A stretch of DNA of 64,000 bases. It comes from Eledone cirrhosa (Eukaryota). Positions 48,705-62,269 of this stretch are shown here, in pieces (positions within the stretch are counted from its first letter, which is position 1; each line of letters starts with the position of its first letter). The translations under genes were made by a program, and so were the position numbers. The stretch is taken from the NCBI GenBank assembly GCA_964016885.1, contig OZ024743.1, forward strand, positions 178,312,001-178,376,000, written 5' to 3'. The notes below the pieces were generated by a model, which was not told where the DNA came from, made no database searches, and worked only from the letters and a program-made list of their open reading frames with translations.

Positions 48705-51700
48705 ATCGAACAGACAAGGGGTGGACGGAGGCTCTGTAAGCTGTAGTGTAGGCAACCTGTCTAGGAGAGCTACCACTCCGAATAAATTGGTGCGGGGTAG
48801 AGAAGTCCCCTAAGTCTAGTAAGACAACTTCCCTAGTGCTGGTGGCACGAATAAAAGCACCCAGTCCATGCTGTAAAATGGAGGGGTAAAGAGGGCCCCG
48901 AGTCCAGTAAGACAACCTCTCTAGTGCTGGTCGCACAAATAAAAGCACCCAGTCCATGCTGTAAAGTGGTGCTGGTGTTAGGAAGGGCATCCAACCAGTG
49001 TATATACTACTGCCAAACACTATGAGCGCAACAAATGAGATTTGCAACAACTGCATAAACAGCAATAACACTAACCATGTTAGGGCTGGGCACGGTAGTG
49101 GGGTGGCTAGTGACGCCATGTGTGAGAACCCCACGACCGTCATCAAGCAATCGCACAACAGGTAAAACAACGAGACGTCGCATCTCGGAGTTGCCACACT
49201 TAATGTTGGCACTCTAATAGGTAGATCTGGTGAGATAGCAAAGATGTGGGAGAGAAGGCATGTGGATGTGTGCTGCGTGCAAGAGGTGAGATGGAGAGGT
49301 GCCTCTGCGAGACTAATCGCTGGCAAACATCTTAGATATAATCTTTTATGGGTAGGTAATGATGATGGGTTAGGTGGGGTGGGTATATTACTGGCCGAGA
49401 GGTGGATCGATAAGACAATAGAGGTAGTTAGAGTTAGTGATAGAATAATTAAGCTTAGATTAGTTGTAGGCAAGAGACTGCTGACATTCATCTCTGCCTA
49501 TGCTCCCCAGGCAGGCCTAGGTAAAGAAGAGAAAGACTGCTTTTACGAGCAACTTTTACAAACAGCCTCAATGACAGACGACAGAGACATCGTTATGCTA
49601 GCAGGGGACTTCAATGGACATGTTGGACAGCTCCAGGATGGATACACTGGGGTACATGGAAGGCACGGTTACGGCTCAAGAAATGAAGAAATGAAGAAAT
49701 GAGGCTTCTAGAGTTTTGTGATGCAAATGCACTAACCATTTGCAACACTAACTTCCAGAAGCCTACTAACCACCTAATAACCTACAAATCAGGCGATAAC
49801 ATAAGCCAGATTGACTTCCTGCTAGTTAGACAGCAAGACAGACAGATGGTGTCTAATACTAAGGCATACCCTGGGGAAGAATGTACCCCACAGCATAGGT
49901 TAGTCGTTAGCATGAGAAAGAATGAGACATACAGGAAGGTGTGGAAAAGAAAGGTCTGGAAGCTAAAAGACCTTTCATTAAAATATAAATGTAGCAAAGC
50001 CCTTCAAGACGTGTATGACGAAAAAGAAGACGATTTAGAGTTGTATGACATAGATGATAACTGGAATTTCTTACGTGACAACTTACTGCAGGCTACTGAA
50101 GAGACTTGTGGTTGGGGCAGAGCTTCAACCAGATAGAGAGTGACCTGGTGGTTGAACAACACAGAAGACAGAGCCATTAGAGACAAAAGACTGGCATGGA
50201 AGGCTTGGAAAAATGGTGGGAGTAGGGAAGGATACACAGCTGCTAGGAGAGAAGCTAGACGTCAGGTGTACTTAGCACGCATGGAGGCTGAGAGTAGGAG
50301 GTTTGCCAATGTTCTGCGATGGGAAGATCAGAGACGTGCGGTGTTCCGCATTGCAAGGCAGTGTGTCAGTGCAAATCAGGATGTTGTTGGAGATAAATGT
50401 GTCAGGAATGATGCCGGTGTACTTAGTGTCACGAATGATCAAAAAAAGTAGGCCTGGAAATGTCACTATGAGAGACTAATAAATGTGGAGAATGAATGGG
50501 ACAGAGAGAAATTACCCCCAGTAGACCCAACAGAGGGACCAGCTATTGAGATTGACGAATATAGGGTACAAGAGGCAATTAAAGAAATAAAGAATGGTAA
50601 AGCTGCTGGACCATTGGAGATAATGGCTGAGATGCTGAAGGCATCAGGTGAAGTAGGCATTAAACTGGTTGCATGCATCATCAATCAAGTTGTATGTGGT
50701 GGTGTTATACCCAAAGACTGGTGCAGCAGTATTCTCATAAATAGCTACAAAGGTAAAGGGGATGCTCTAGAGAGGAGCAATTATAGGGGCATAAAGCTGA
50801 TGGATCAGGTTATGAAAGTGGAACAGAGAATATTAGCACAACTGATTAGAGAAAGGGTAAAATTAGATGAGATGCAGTTTGGTTTTGTGTCTTGGAAAAG
50901 TACAACAGATGCTCTCTTCTTAGTGAAGCAACTACAAGAGAAGTTCTTAGAGAAGAATAAGCCACTATACTTAGCTTTTGTTGACCTAGAGAAGGCCTTT
51001 GATAGGGTACCTGATCTGTCATCTGGTGGTCCCTAAGGAAACTAGGTGTAGAGGAATGGCTTGTGAGGGCAGCGCAAGCTATGTACAGGAGTGCTTTCAG
51101 TAAAGTGAGAGTAGGTATGGAATTTAGTGAGGAATTCCAGATATAAGTAGGTGTACATCAGGGTTCGGTCCTCAACCCGCTCTTGTTCATTACTGTCCTC
51201 CAAACCATAACAGTGGAGTTTAAAACTGGATGCCCATGGGAACTTCTATATGCTGATGATCTGGCTCTTATAGCAGAATTAGTAGAGGAGCTAGAGAATA
51301 AATTCTGGCTATGGAAACAGCAGTTGGAATCAAGAGGACTGAGAGTGAACATAGCTAAGACAAAAGTGTTGATAAGTAGAAGAGTGAACAATACTCTGAT
51401 TTCATCAGGGAAATGGCCATATTCGATATGTAGGAAAGGAACTGGCATAAATTCCATAGAATGTATGCAATGCAGATCTTGGGTACACAAGAGATGTTGT
51501 GGGATAGCAGGCAAACTAACAGGTAGGGAAAACTACGTATGCAGGAGATGTACAGGGAAAGTTGGCAGTATTAATCGCAGTGATAGACACATTTTTCCAA
51601 TGCAGGTGGGTTCTATAGAAGTGGTTGATAGCTTCCAATACCTAGGTGATCAGATTAGTATGGGAGGGGGTTGTTCCAAGGCCATAGTATCTATAATAAG

Positions 51701-52222
51701 GATGGGTTGGAAGAAGTTTAGGGAACTGCTTCCTTTGTTGACAAAGAAGGGTTTCTCCCTGCATACGAAAGGACGGTTATATGATCGCGATGCTGCATGG
51801 TAGTGAGACATGGGCGACAACTGCAGAGGATATGCGAAGCAAGTATGCTCCGTTGGATGTGCAATGTCAATGTGCATGAACAACCAAGCAAGGACGAGTT
51901 GAGAAAGAAACTGGGTATAAGAGGGATAAGTTGTGTTGTGCAGGAGAGAAGACTGAGATGGTATGGATATGTGATGCGCATGGAGGATGACCGCTGGGTA
52001 AAGAAGTGCCAAGAAATCCCAGCAGAAGGAAGACGCAGTAGAGGTAGACCACGTAAAACATGGGTGGAGGTGGTGAGAGCAGACCTCACATCGCTGAAAC
52101 TCACCGAGGAGATGACGAAGGACCATGACAAGTGGAGAGATGCTGTGCTGAATAGGACCCGTCCAACCCTTGCAAGCAGGAAAAGCGGACGTAAAATGAT
52201 GATGATGATGATGATGATGATG
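48705..52222 (+). mobile_element. Near full-length RTE family B element, pseudogenised
   Basis: 5' UTR, APE (VQEVRW, SAYAPQ, GDFNGH), RT, PHD, and a short terminus with (gat)n. Several stops and frameshifts. Confidence 0.93.
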
Positions 52223-52499
52223 ATAAGCTGAAGTGTTAGTAGTTGTATCTCGTTACCAGTACTGCAAACAGTTTAAAACAGTCCACAACAACTCACTGCA
52301 GTAAGCAACACTAAATCTGTGCTGCTTCATGTTCTAGTAGCATTTATTTCAACAACTGTGTGTATAGATTGAAGAGGATTATCCCCTTCAGTGTGGCTTA
52401 GTGGTTAGAAAATTGGATTCACAATCTTGAGGTTACAAATTCGATTTCCGGACAGGGTGATGCGTTATGTTCTTCAGCAAGACACTTTATTTCACGTTG

Positions 52500-53610
52500 C
52501 TCTTTCTGCCAGAAGTTGTAAACAATAGATATCAGCAATGAAAAGGCCAATGGAAACAATGTTTCCTTGGTCCAACTTGACCAGTTCCACCCACAGTAAG
52601 CAAATGACGTCTGGGATGTTGTTAATCAGAAAAATAAAATATTCCCTCACAGTTTGATTGACCCTAAATACAGTCAAGTAGTGGTGGCTAGGGTTGGGAA
52701 CATCTACCCCCCCCCCAAAAAAAATGGGTTCTTCCCTAGTAATAGAGAACTGATAAGATATATCAGCTAAATCGTACTTACCTTTCTTAATTTTCATTAA
52801 TGAATACCGACTGATATTACGAGAGTTATATGACCAGACAAGAATAGAAGGTGTAGTGTCTACAATGAGAAAAACAGAAGTTGGAGAATTTGATATATGC
52901 ACTTATATATATACACACAAATACCACAAGCTCTTTCACAGACACAGTAAAATTCTCATTCTCCACAACACCCAATCTAGTCAACACCATAGCATACAGT
53001 AATAGGACCAAAATATGCAAACACAAGCAAGCACTCCAAGCAGCCACTAGCACAGTCCAAAACAACAATGCACATATAATGCATAACACCACTCAACTAT
53101 ATGCTAACTACAACCAAAATCTGACCAACTGGCCACATAACAACAACTCAATAGCCCCCAGGTGCAACTGCAAAACACCGGAGGAATGCCTGCTGAGTGG
53201 GGAGTGCCTCATCAAGAACATTGTGTACCAGTGCGATGTCACAGCTGGCCGAAATGAATACACCTATATAGGTGCGACCTCGACTACTGTTAAGGAACGA
53301 CTTTACAACCACAAAAACTCCTTTAACCACAGACTTAAATGCTCCCAAACCAGGCTGGCAGATTTGATCTGGGACCTTAAGGGCAATAACCTGAAATACC
53401 AGATCAAATGGTCAGTTAGGAGACACGTGGTCCAACTTCACTGGGGGAAGCCACTGCAGGTTGTGCCTGGCCAAATCGGCTGAGATTATTAAATTAAAAT
53501 TGCCCATAAATTTCAGATTGGAAATCCAATCAACTGTAGGTACACCAGGAAGAATACATACTCTGCCTTGATATTCAAGCAGGTGCCACAGACAAACCAT
53601 AACAACATAA
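52500..53610 (+). mobile_element. Penelope-like element remnant, second family (GIY-YIG endonuclease)
   Basis: VKFSFSTTPNL...CNCKTPEECLLSGECLIKNIVYQCDV...YIGATSTTVKERLYNHKNSF...IKWS. The 5' boundary is approximate. Confidence 0.85.
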
Positions 53611-54045
53611 ACACAACATCAGAATAACTACCCCTATTTTATTTTCTCAAATCTAATTTCATTACCACTGTTATCCTTGTTAGTTTTTAATTTTCAAATC
53701 TTTATTTCTATTTTTACTCCCGTAAATGTTAGGTTGCATCCTTTCTCATATCCCCCACCACAAAACATATTACCATGCATCCACCACCCTCATCCACACT
53801 AACACATACTGCATACCATTGTGGCACACACAAACCACTAGCACCATACACTTCACCACAATGGTTTGCATCACCTCATCTTGTATCACTAATTTCACCA
53901 CCGTTATCCAACATCACTTGCATTCCCGAGTACACTCTCACTCTTCTCATAACTGCCACTTAACCCCACACGATATCTACATGAAATGCCGATGCACGTA
54001 CACCTACACTTGTCTCGTGTGTGTGTATGTATGTTTATGTATGGA

Positions 54046-54102
<57 letters not shown>

Positions 54103-54105
<3 letters not shown>

Positions 54106-54790
54106 CTGTATAACAAAGTGCAGGGCAATAAAGATAGATGGTAGCCACGGAATAGGCAGACCTAGAAAAACCTGGGACGAGCTGATAAACTCCGACCTCA
54201 CGCACTTACACCTCTCCAAGACAATGTCACTGGACCGAGACCTTTGGCGGTACTCAGTAATAGAGAAGACCCGCCTTACCTAAATACATAGTAAAACCTA
54301 CTACAGTCAGTAGGCATCTCTAACAAAATACACCCCCGTCCCACCACCCCCACCCCACCCACAACGTCCTCTTCTATGTAAAGTTATGTTGGTGCCACAC
54401 CATCCAGGCCGAAACAAATGAGATCGTGTAGGTGTCACGACAAAAAAACACACAGTCCACGCTGTAATGTGGCCGTGTAGGCAACACGGTAAAAACCTCC
54501 CAGACCCACACTGTAAATGTGGTTGGTGTTAGGAAGGGCATCCAGCTGTAGAAAACCCGCCAGACAGTCCACGCTGTAATGTGGCCGTGTAGGCAACACG
54601 GTAAAAACCTCCCAGCCCCACACTGTAAATGTGGTTGGTGTTAGGAAGGGCATCCAGCTGTAGAAAACCTGCCAGACAGTCCTATGCGAGCAAGACAATC
54701 ACTCTTGCCTCAAGTGGGAAAACCCCCGTCCAAACCCATGCAAGCGTGGAACACGGACGTTAAACGTTGATGATGATGATGATGATGATA
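54103..54790 (+). mobile_element. RTE family A1 3' fragment
   Basis: Begins immediately after a ~50-nt pure (TA) tract and has a complete 3' UTR and tail. Confidence 0.94.
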
Positions 54791-55139
54791 TATACGTGTG
54801 TATGGGTGCGTAAGTGTGTTCATGTGCATATGTGTTTGCATGCACCCCTGCACAGCTTATAGTAGTATGGATCCCCGGACTGTGAGCCCGCTTATTTCGT
54901 TAGCGTGTACACATGTGAGGACACAGACATATGTGCGATACAGGCATGGGACGATGTGTCCGAGAATACATATAACCACTATGATGTGTGTGTGAGCCCA
55001 TGGTGCCAGTGTGGAAGTGCAAGATGACCAGTATGAAAATTCCATATCCCCTGCCATGATCAGACGCATATAGCAAGGCACACCCATCTGGCTCTGTGTA
55101 CATTCCACGTGTGCCTATGTGGGGTGATATATATATATA

Positions 55140-55182
<43 letters not shown>

Positions 55183-56084
55183 TAAAATAACAGATTAAAG
55201 TTTAAGCAAAGAATTGCTGCTTTCACCCTTAACGGGATCTTCTGAAACTCTATTACTATTACTATATATATATATATTTACATTCATGCTTGTGTGGACC
55301 TGCATGCATGGACATATGACCCTGGGTGAGTGTGTACACATGTTTATTTATTTTCCTTTTTATACTCTTTCACACAATATGTTCCAAACAGGTATCTTGC
55401 CCCTATACACAGGGTCCTAGCAACAATGTTTTCTATAAAAAATTCTTTATAGTCTTTTCTATGATCTTTTCAAACACTAGCTTCATACCATAATTCCTCA
55501 TTTGTATATATATTTTCAAACACTAACTTCATACCATTCTCAACACCTCATTAATTCCTTATAGCGCATATCCCCTTTAATGATGTCTAAACAGGACATC
55601 CTACCCACTACCTCCTGACAACTGATGACCAACCTCCCTACCCCTAGTACAACACTGCATACTTTCATCTCATATCACACACAGCCCTACCACACCCACA
55701 CCCCACCTCTGCCTCACCATGAACACACTGACACATCTAAGGCAAGCCAAAACACATCCTGCAATTCACATCAACCATTACTCCCAACCACTACCTGTCA
55801 CTCCCAACCACTACCTGTCACTCCGCTCACCCCTCCCCCCACCTATCATCATGCCAAAACATTCCTTATAATTAACCCACCAATCAAAACAATATAAACT
55901 GACCATTTATATGCCATGTATATTCATTCTGTCATTACTACAACAGAGCTCCAACAAACTTTTGATTCCAGAGTCGGGTCAGATTGCACCTTAAGCTGAT
56001 CTATAGCGAAACGCACACGTCACCAATCAATAAACATAACGAAGGCTTAACAAATCATCCTTGTACTATTATATATATAACCTC

Positions 56085-56220
56085 GGCGGGATATGGTCTG
56101 AGTTCAAATCCCGCCGAGGTTAACTTTGCCTTTCATCCTTACGGGGTCGATAAAATAAAGTACCAGTAATACACTGGATTAATTGCTGGCCTTGTGCCAA
56201 AAGTAGAAACAATTATTATA
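56085..56220 (+). mobile_element. Partial SINE of the second family
   Basis: Matches 36095-36225. Confidence 0.75.
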
Positions 56221-58089
56221 TATATATAAGGTTCAACAATGTAAATAAATAAGATAAGGTTTATGTAATCTATTGTTTTACTATTGTTTCAAAGGGCAAA
56301 ATAAACCAAGATATTATCAATATATTGACTAATAGCTAGCAGTTATGTAACTCTAGCCACCATTGTTTCAGAAGACAAACGACAGAATGGATGCCTTTGT
56401 ATCAAGGCTAATACTAGAGAGTTACAGAATTGCTATCTAAACTAGTTAATATATCAATAATATCTTGGCTTATTTTGCCCATTGATATGATTGTAAAACA
56501 ATGAATTAATTAAACATTAAATATTGTCATATTTGTTGTTAGTGTACCACTTTTACACACACACACAAAAAAGAAATTTTTACTTTGTTTCTATAAGATA
56601 TTCATATACACCATATTCAGTTCTACATTAGTCTGAAGGTACATCCAATTTTTGCTAGCAAGGAAAGTGGATGTTAAATGATGATGATGATGATGCCAAG
56701 TAAAAATAAAGAAGAAAGTACTCAATATAATGTTAGTAGGCCTATTGATTTACAGATTCAGACTCAAAATTGGAAGATAATAGGTTATTTAACCCTTTTG
56801 TTACCAATCCGGCTCTGGTTCTATGAAATAAAACCACTCATTTTAAAGGTTTCCAATTTGAATTAAAATCTTCCATAATTTTATATAAGGACGTTACATG
56901 AAGATACTATCTTAGTAATGGAATAACTTTATTAATCAAAATAGAGCATATTTCATTAGAAATGGAGTCATGAAAAGGTTAATTATTATACAAGGGTCCA
57001 GCTGCTTAACCCTTTCCTGACTGGACTACTAATGAAATTCACTTGATTTTAATTAATTTTGAGGAATTTACTAAAATTATGAATTATTTCAATACTAAGA
57101 TAGCAACATAACCTATGGTTCTTGTATAAAATTATGTTGGAAAATTTTAATTTAAATAGAAACCCTCTAAAATGGTGGGGTGTTTTATTTCAGAGAACTA
57201 AAGCTGGTTTTGGCTGGGTTGGGTTGGTAACAAAAGAGTTAAAACAGTAGACAGTATCTATCACATGATACCTGTGACATTTACATCTGCATGTAGTAGG
57301 TTAAAGAGATTTGGGCCTCTGGAGACTGCAACTGATGAATAGGAATCATGAACCATTTGGTTGGTAGTATAACAACCAGGCCATTTACAAATATGTATGT
57401 AACTCTAGTTAAATATCAGAGTTCCCTTCTTGGAATGAAGTTATTCATTTGATCTTTTAACAGGCAACATCTAGGATCCATTTATTTAATAAAATATGGG
57501 AGAGAAGAGCAAAAGCTAAAGAAGAAAAAAAGCAGCAAAAATCAGATATTTATCACTGATGTGCATAGTTGTAAAAAAAATTTCTTTGGATTTTGTTTTT
57601 TAATAGTTAATGCACCAGTCCTCTTCATGAATCAAATTTCTGCCTTTGTACTGACTTCCATATCTTCCAGTGTGTACTGGCTCATCGGATAATGGAAAAT
57701 TAATAAATAAATTACTGAAAAGAAAATTTTCAATCATATTGAGCTACATAGATTTAAGTATAGTAATTCCAAATGGCTTTCAACAGATTTTTGCACCAGG
57801 AAATTCTTGAATTATTTCAATTCTGATTTTGATTGATTATTTTGAGAAAGAAGAACCTTTTGAAAAATGTACTATCAACATTTCCAATTAAGTACTATCC
57901 AAGATTATGATGGAAATTACAAAGTGAAAATCTATTCATTAACTTCCAATTCACCAATAACTAAAAGCAATAAATAGTTTGAAAAATTTATCCTAATTTT
58001 ATTTTGTTCATCAAAATTTAAAAGGAAAAAAAAATTTTTTTTATTAAAAATGTCAAAATGAATTTTAGCTGAAAACATTCCAATATAAT

Positions 58090-58340
58090 GGATGATGGAT
58101 TTCTCCCCAGACTGCACACTATCAAATCTGATCAACATAAACATTTCAGATCTCCCAGCTTCTGCTCTGTATATCAACAACATATTTACTGAGTCCACAA
58201 ACAATTTATACTCTTACGCAGATGATACTATGCTTCACTCTTCTTTGAGCTTCCACACAAAGGCCATTTACACTTAATCTAAATGTCCCATGCTATCCAC
58301 AAACTCTCTATATGAACAAAGACATTGAGAATATTTTTTA
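58090..58340 (+). mobile_element. Old Jockey/CR1-group RT fragment
   Basis: LYINNIF...LYSYADDTMLHSS. Confidence 0.5.
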
Positions 58341-58609
58341 ACTCTTAACATTTTGTAATGATTTAACAGAAAATATCTAAAAACAGGCTTGTTTATTTGA
58401 ATGCTGATAGTATCTTTTGTAATGGAAAAATCATTGAGAGAATTTGCAGTGTGGTTTCATGAGATAGCATGATAAGCTAGTTTCTTTCAGTAGCGCAAAG
58501 ACACAACCACTAAATACACCATCTCCAGAGCTACCATGTACTAATGGTGCTTTACCAAGCATTCTATGTTGGTTTTGGACCTTATAGTTTGAGCCATTTG
58601 GGCTGGAGA

Positions 58610-58867
58610 AAACTGGGTTTAAGAAGAAAGTGTGTGCAAGAGAGAAGACTGCATTTGACAGACATGTGATGCACCAGTAGTAGGAAGCTTCAGTGGAGGT
58701 AGATCAAGGAAGACCTGGGCAGAGGTGGTGAGAGCTGATATAAAGTTGCTGAGACTCACAGAGGAGATGACAAAGGAACACCATGAGTGGAGAGATGCTG
58801 TACTGCAAGGACTCATCCAACCCATGTGAGCTTGGAAAAACAGAAGTAAAAACAATGATGATGATGA
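58610..58867 (+). mobile_element. Old RTE family B-like 3' fragment
   Basis: VQERRL...GRSRKTWAEVVRAD-like sequence and an (atg)n tail. Confidence 0.7.
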
Positions 58868-59019
58868 ACACAAAACTTTCAAAGCTACTCTGAATACAAG
58901 GCATCACACTCTCTGATGATCTCATAAGGTAATCATATAAAACATTGCCAAAACTACACTACAAAAAATAAGAGTTTTTCTTTAGAAATAAGAAATATTT
59001 CAACTGAAATTAGCTGCTG

Positions 59020-59327
59020 GCTAGGTTGGATTTAGACCTTAAGGGGCTCAGGGTACTCCAGGTTTGGCGGGGCCTCAAATAAACAAAAAAATTAGAATAC
59101 ACAGCAAAACTCCCAATTTTACATATCAAAGTTAGCTTGGCACAAGTAATTGGAATTGAAAAGTTATACATACAGGTATTAAATTCAAAAAATCTAACCA
59201 TCCTAAAACTAAAAAGCCCAGCTGAGGGCACAAATAAATTGCTACAGTTATCCTGGTGCACCCCCCCCCCTCACTGCAGGGGGCCAGGAGTAATTGGCCC
59301 CTTTGCCTCCAATTAAATCTGACCCTG
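59020..59327. mobile_element. Possible MITE (hAT-like)
   Basis: Imperfect inverted ends aggttggattta / taaatctgaccctg with GC-rich subterminal blocks. Confidence 0.35.
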
Positions 59328-59656
59328 ATTAATGACAATCTACAAGGTCTAAGTAAGATCTATATTAAAGAACATATACATAAGCAAGACACAGATCTCT
59401 GGCCTGTCTGGGATATCAGGAGCTCTGCTTCAGTACTAATTAGGTCTATGTGGACCCATCCAAACCTTGCTAGCAGGGATACAGATGTTAAAACAATGAT
59501 GATGATACACACACACACATATATTGCAAGCAGGGAAAAGCAGACGTAAAATGATGATGATGAAACATGTATATATTTATTTCCACAGAGATAAGCATTT
59601 GTGTGTACATGTATACATATATGCATACATGGATACATACATGCATACATACATAC

Positions 59657-61147
59657 ATTCATCAGTCTCTCATAATGACATTTCCAGGCCTCCTTTTTCT
59701 GATCATTTGTGACACTAAATACACCGGCATCATTCCGGACACATTTATCTCCAACAACATCCCGATTTTCATTGACACACTGCCTTGCAATGTGGAACAC
59801 CGCACGCCTCTGATCTTCCCGTCGCAGAACATTAGCAAACCTCCTACTCTCAACCTCCCTGCATGCTAAGTACACCTGACGTCTAGCTTCTCTCTTAGTG
59901 GCTGTATATCCTTCACTACTCCCACCCTTTTTCCAAGCCTTCCATGCTAGTCTTTTGTCTCTAATGGCCCTATCTACTGTGCTGTTCCACCACCAGGTCA
60001 CTCTCTGTCTGGTTGGAGCTCTGCTCCAGCCACAAGTTTCATCAGTAGCCTTCAGCAAGTTGTCACGTAAGAAATTCCAGTTATTATCTATGTCATACGA
60101 TTCTAAATCATCTTTTTCGTCATACATATCTTGAAGGGCTTTCCTAAATTTGTATTTTAGTGAAAGGTCTTTGAGCTTCCAGACCTTTTTTCTCCACACC
60201 TTCCTGTATGTCTCATTGCATATCTTGCTTATTGAGATATCACTAACGACTAACCAATGCTGTGGGGTACATTCTTCCCCAGGATATGCCTTGGTATTTG
60301 ACACCATCTGCCTGTCCCACTGCTTAACTAGTAAGAAGTCAATCTGGCTTATGTTATCGCCTGATTTGCAGGATATTAGGTGGTTTGCAGGTTTCTGGAA
60401 GTTAGTGTTGAAAATAGACAGTGTACTTGCATCACAAAATTCAAGAAGTCTCACTCCTTCATTTCTTGAGCCGTAACCGTGCCCACCATGTACCCCAGTG
60501 TAACCATCCTGGAGCTGTCCAACATGACCATTGAAGTCCCCTGCTAGCATAACGATGTCTCCATCCTGTCATTGCAGCTGTTTGTAAAAGTTGCTTGTAA
60601 AAGCAGTCTTTCTCTTCTTTACCTAGGCCTGCTTGGGGAGCATAGACCGAGATGATTGTCCGTAATCTAAGCTTAATTATTCGATTATTAACTCAAACTA
60701 CCTCCATTGTCTTATTGATCCATCTCTCAGTCAGGAAAATGCCTACTCCCCCTAACCCATCAGCCTTACCTACCCATAAAAGCTTATAACTAAGATGTTT
60801 GTCTGCGATTAGTCTCGCAGAGGCACCTCTCCATCTCACCTCTTGCACGCAGCACACATCCACATGCCTTCTCTCCAGCATCTCCGCTATTTAGACAGAT
60901 CTACCTGTGAGAGTGCCAACATTAAGTGTTACAACTCTGAGATGCGACGTCTTCATATTTTTGTTGTTCCTATATATTTGTTGCTGTGCTCATAATTGTT
61001 TTGGCATTGATACACTGGTTGGATGCCCTTCCTAACACCAGCGCCACTTTACAGCATGGACTGGGTGCTTTTATTCGTGCCACCAGCACTAGAGAGGATG
61101 TCTTACTGGACTCATGAGCCCTCTCTACCCCTCCATTTTACAGCATG
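59657..61147 (-). mobile_element. RTE family B 5' half (5' UTR, APE, linker), 3'-truncated
   Basis: ORFs 60693-60881 and 59360-60550 are homologous to 49244-50490. The 5' UTR is homologous to 48830-49030. Confidence 0.92.
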
Positions 61148-61509
61148 GTCATAAAAAAAACCAAAAAAAAACCACCACTTATTGCCACTCACGGCACACA
61201 CACTGACTCACACACCAACACTCATGCATACAAACAGACTCACGCTACTCACACACACACACATACATATATTACTATCAGTACTGATACAAGATCATGT
61301 CAACTGTTGACTTTTATAGTTGAGTATTATAATAATAATTGTTTGCTTTACCGCATAGAGCAACGGCTCTCCACACTCCGGCCCATAACAAGGCACCAGC
61401 AATGCGCTGGGACAATCGCTGCCCCGTGCCAAGAACAGAATAGTTATTACTATTATTATAGTTGTTTTCTTCTTTTTAAAGCCTGATCGCTGGTGATGGT
61501 AATGGTGGT

Positions 61510-61920
61510 ACTACTACTTGTACTTGTATCGACATTCACCCTCAACAGGTTGAGCTGGCTTCTTCCCTTGTCCTGACGGCATCCCGAACCATGACAGCCC
61601 ACGCACGACGGTCCCGGGCTAGGTCACTGGAGATAGCGAGCCAGTCACGGTTCCATCGGCGCAGGCCGACCACCTGAGAGTTCGGAGAGGTCCTCCTTGA
61701 TCGTCGTTGCCCATGTCTTCACAATCCTGCCAACGCGCTTGCGCCAGTTAGGGAGTGGAGGTGGGAGGAGAACATCGCGGATCAGCTCACCCTTAGGGCA
61801 CCGGGCTGCGTGACCAAACCATCTCAAGCGCCGCTGCAGAAGCACTGAAGGAAGGGGTCGCAGATTAAGGTGAAGACGAAGACTGGTGGTAGGTACCCGA
61901 TCAACGCGTCGGCAGCGAGG
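61510..61920 (-). mobile_element. GC-rich RTE (BovB-like) 3' fragment of a further family
   Basis: QRRLRWFGHAARCPKGELIRDVL...KTWATTIKEDL, with a (tacaag)/(tag) tail. Confidence 0.75.
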
Positions 61921-62236
61921 AATGCGGTGATAGTGTTGGATGGTGTCAGTGATGGTGATGGCAGTTGTTGTTGTCATTGTTGCTGCTGCCGTTGTTGTTG
62001 TTCATTTCACTGATGCTGCAGACAATGGTGTTGTTGTTGTAGTCGTTCGGTTGAAATCTTGAAATTTGGTCGCTTCGCGTGTGATATATACACATACATA
62101 TATATACACATGTATATATACATACATACACACACATTCAACACACAGACAATGATGTTGTTGTTGCTGTTGTTGTAGTTGTTGTTGTTGTAGTTGTAGT
62201 TGTTGTTGAGGTGTTGAAATATGGTCGCATCAACTG

Positions 62237-62267
<31 letters not shown>

Positions 62268-62269
62268 TG

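Noticed and set aside
57600-57714. Possible exon after a good acceptor on the minus strand
   Set aside because: All frames stop within about 40 codons and I recognise no homology.
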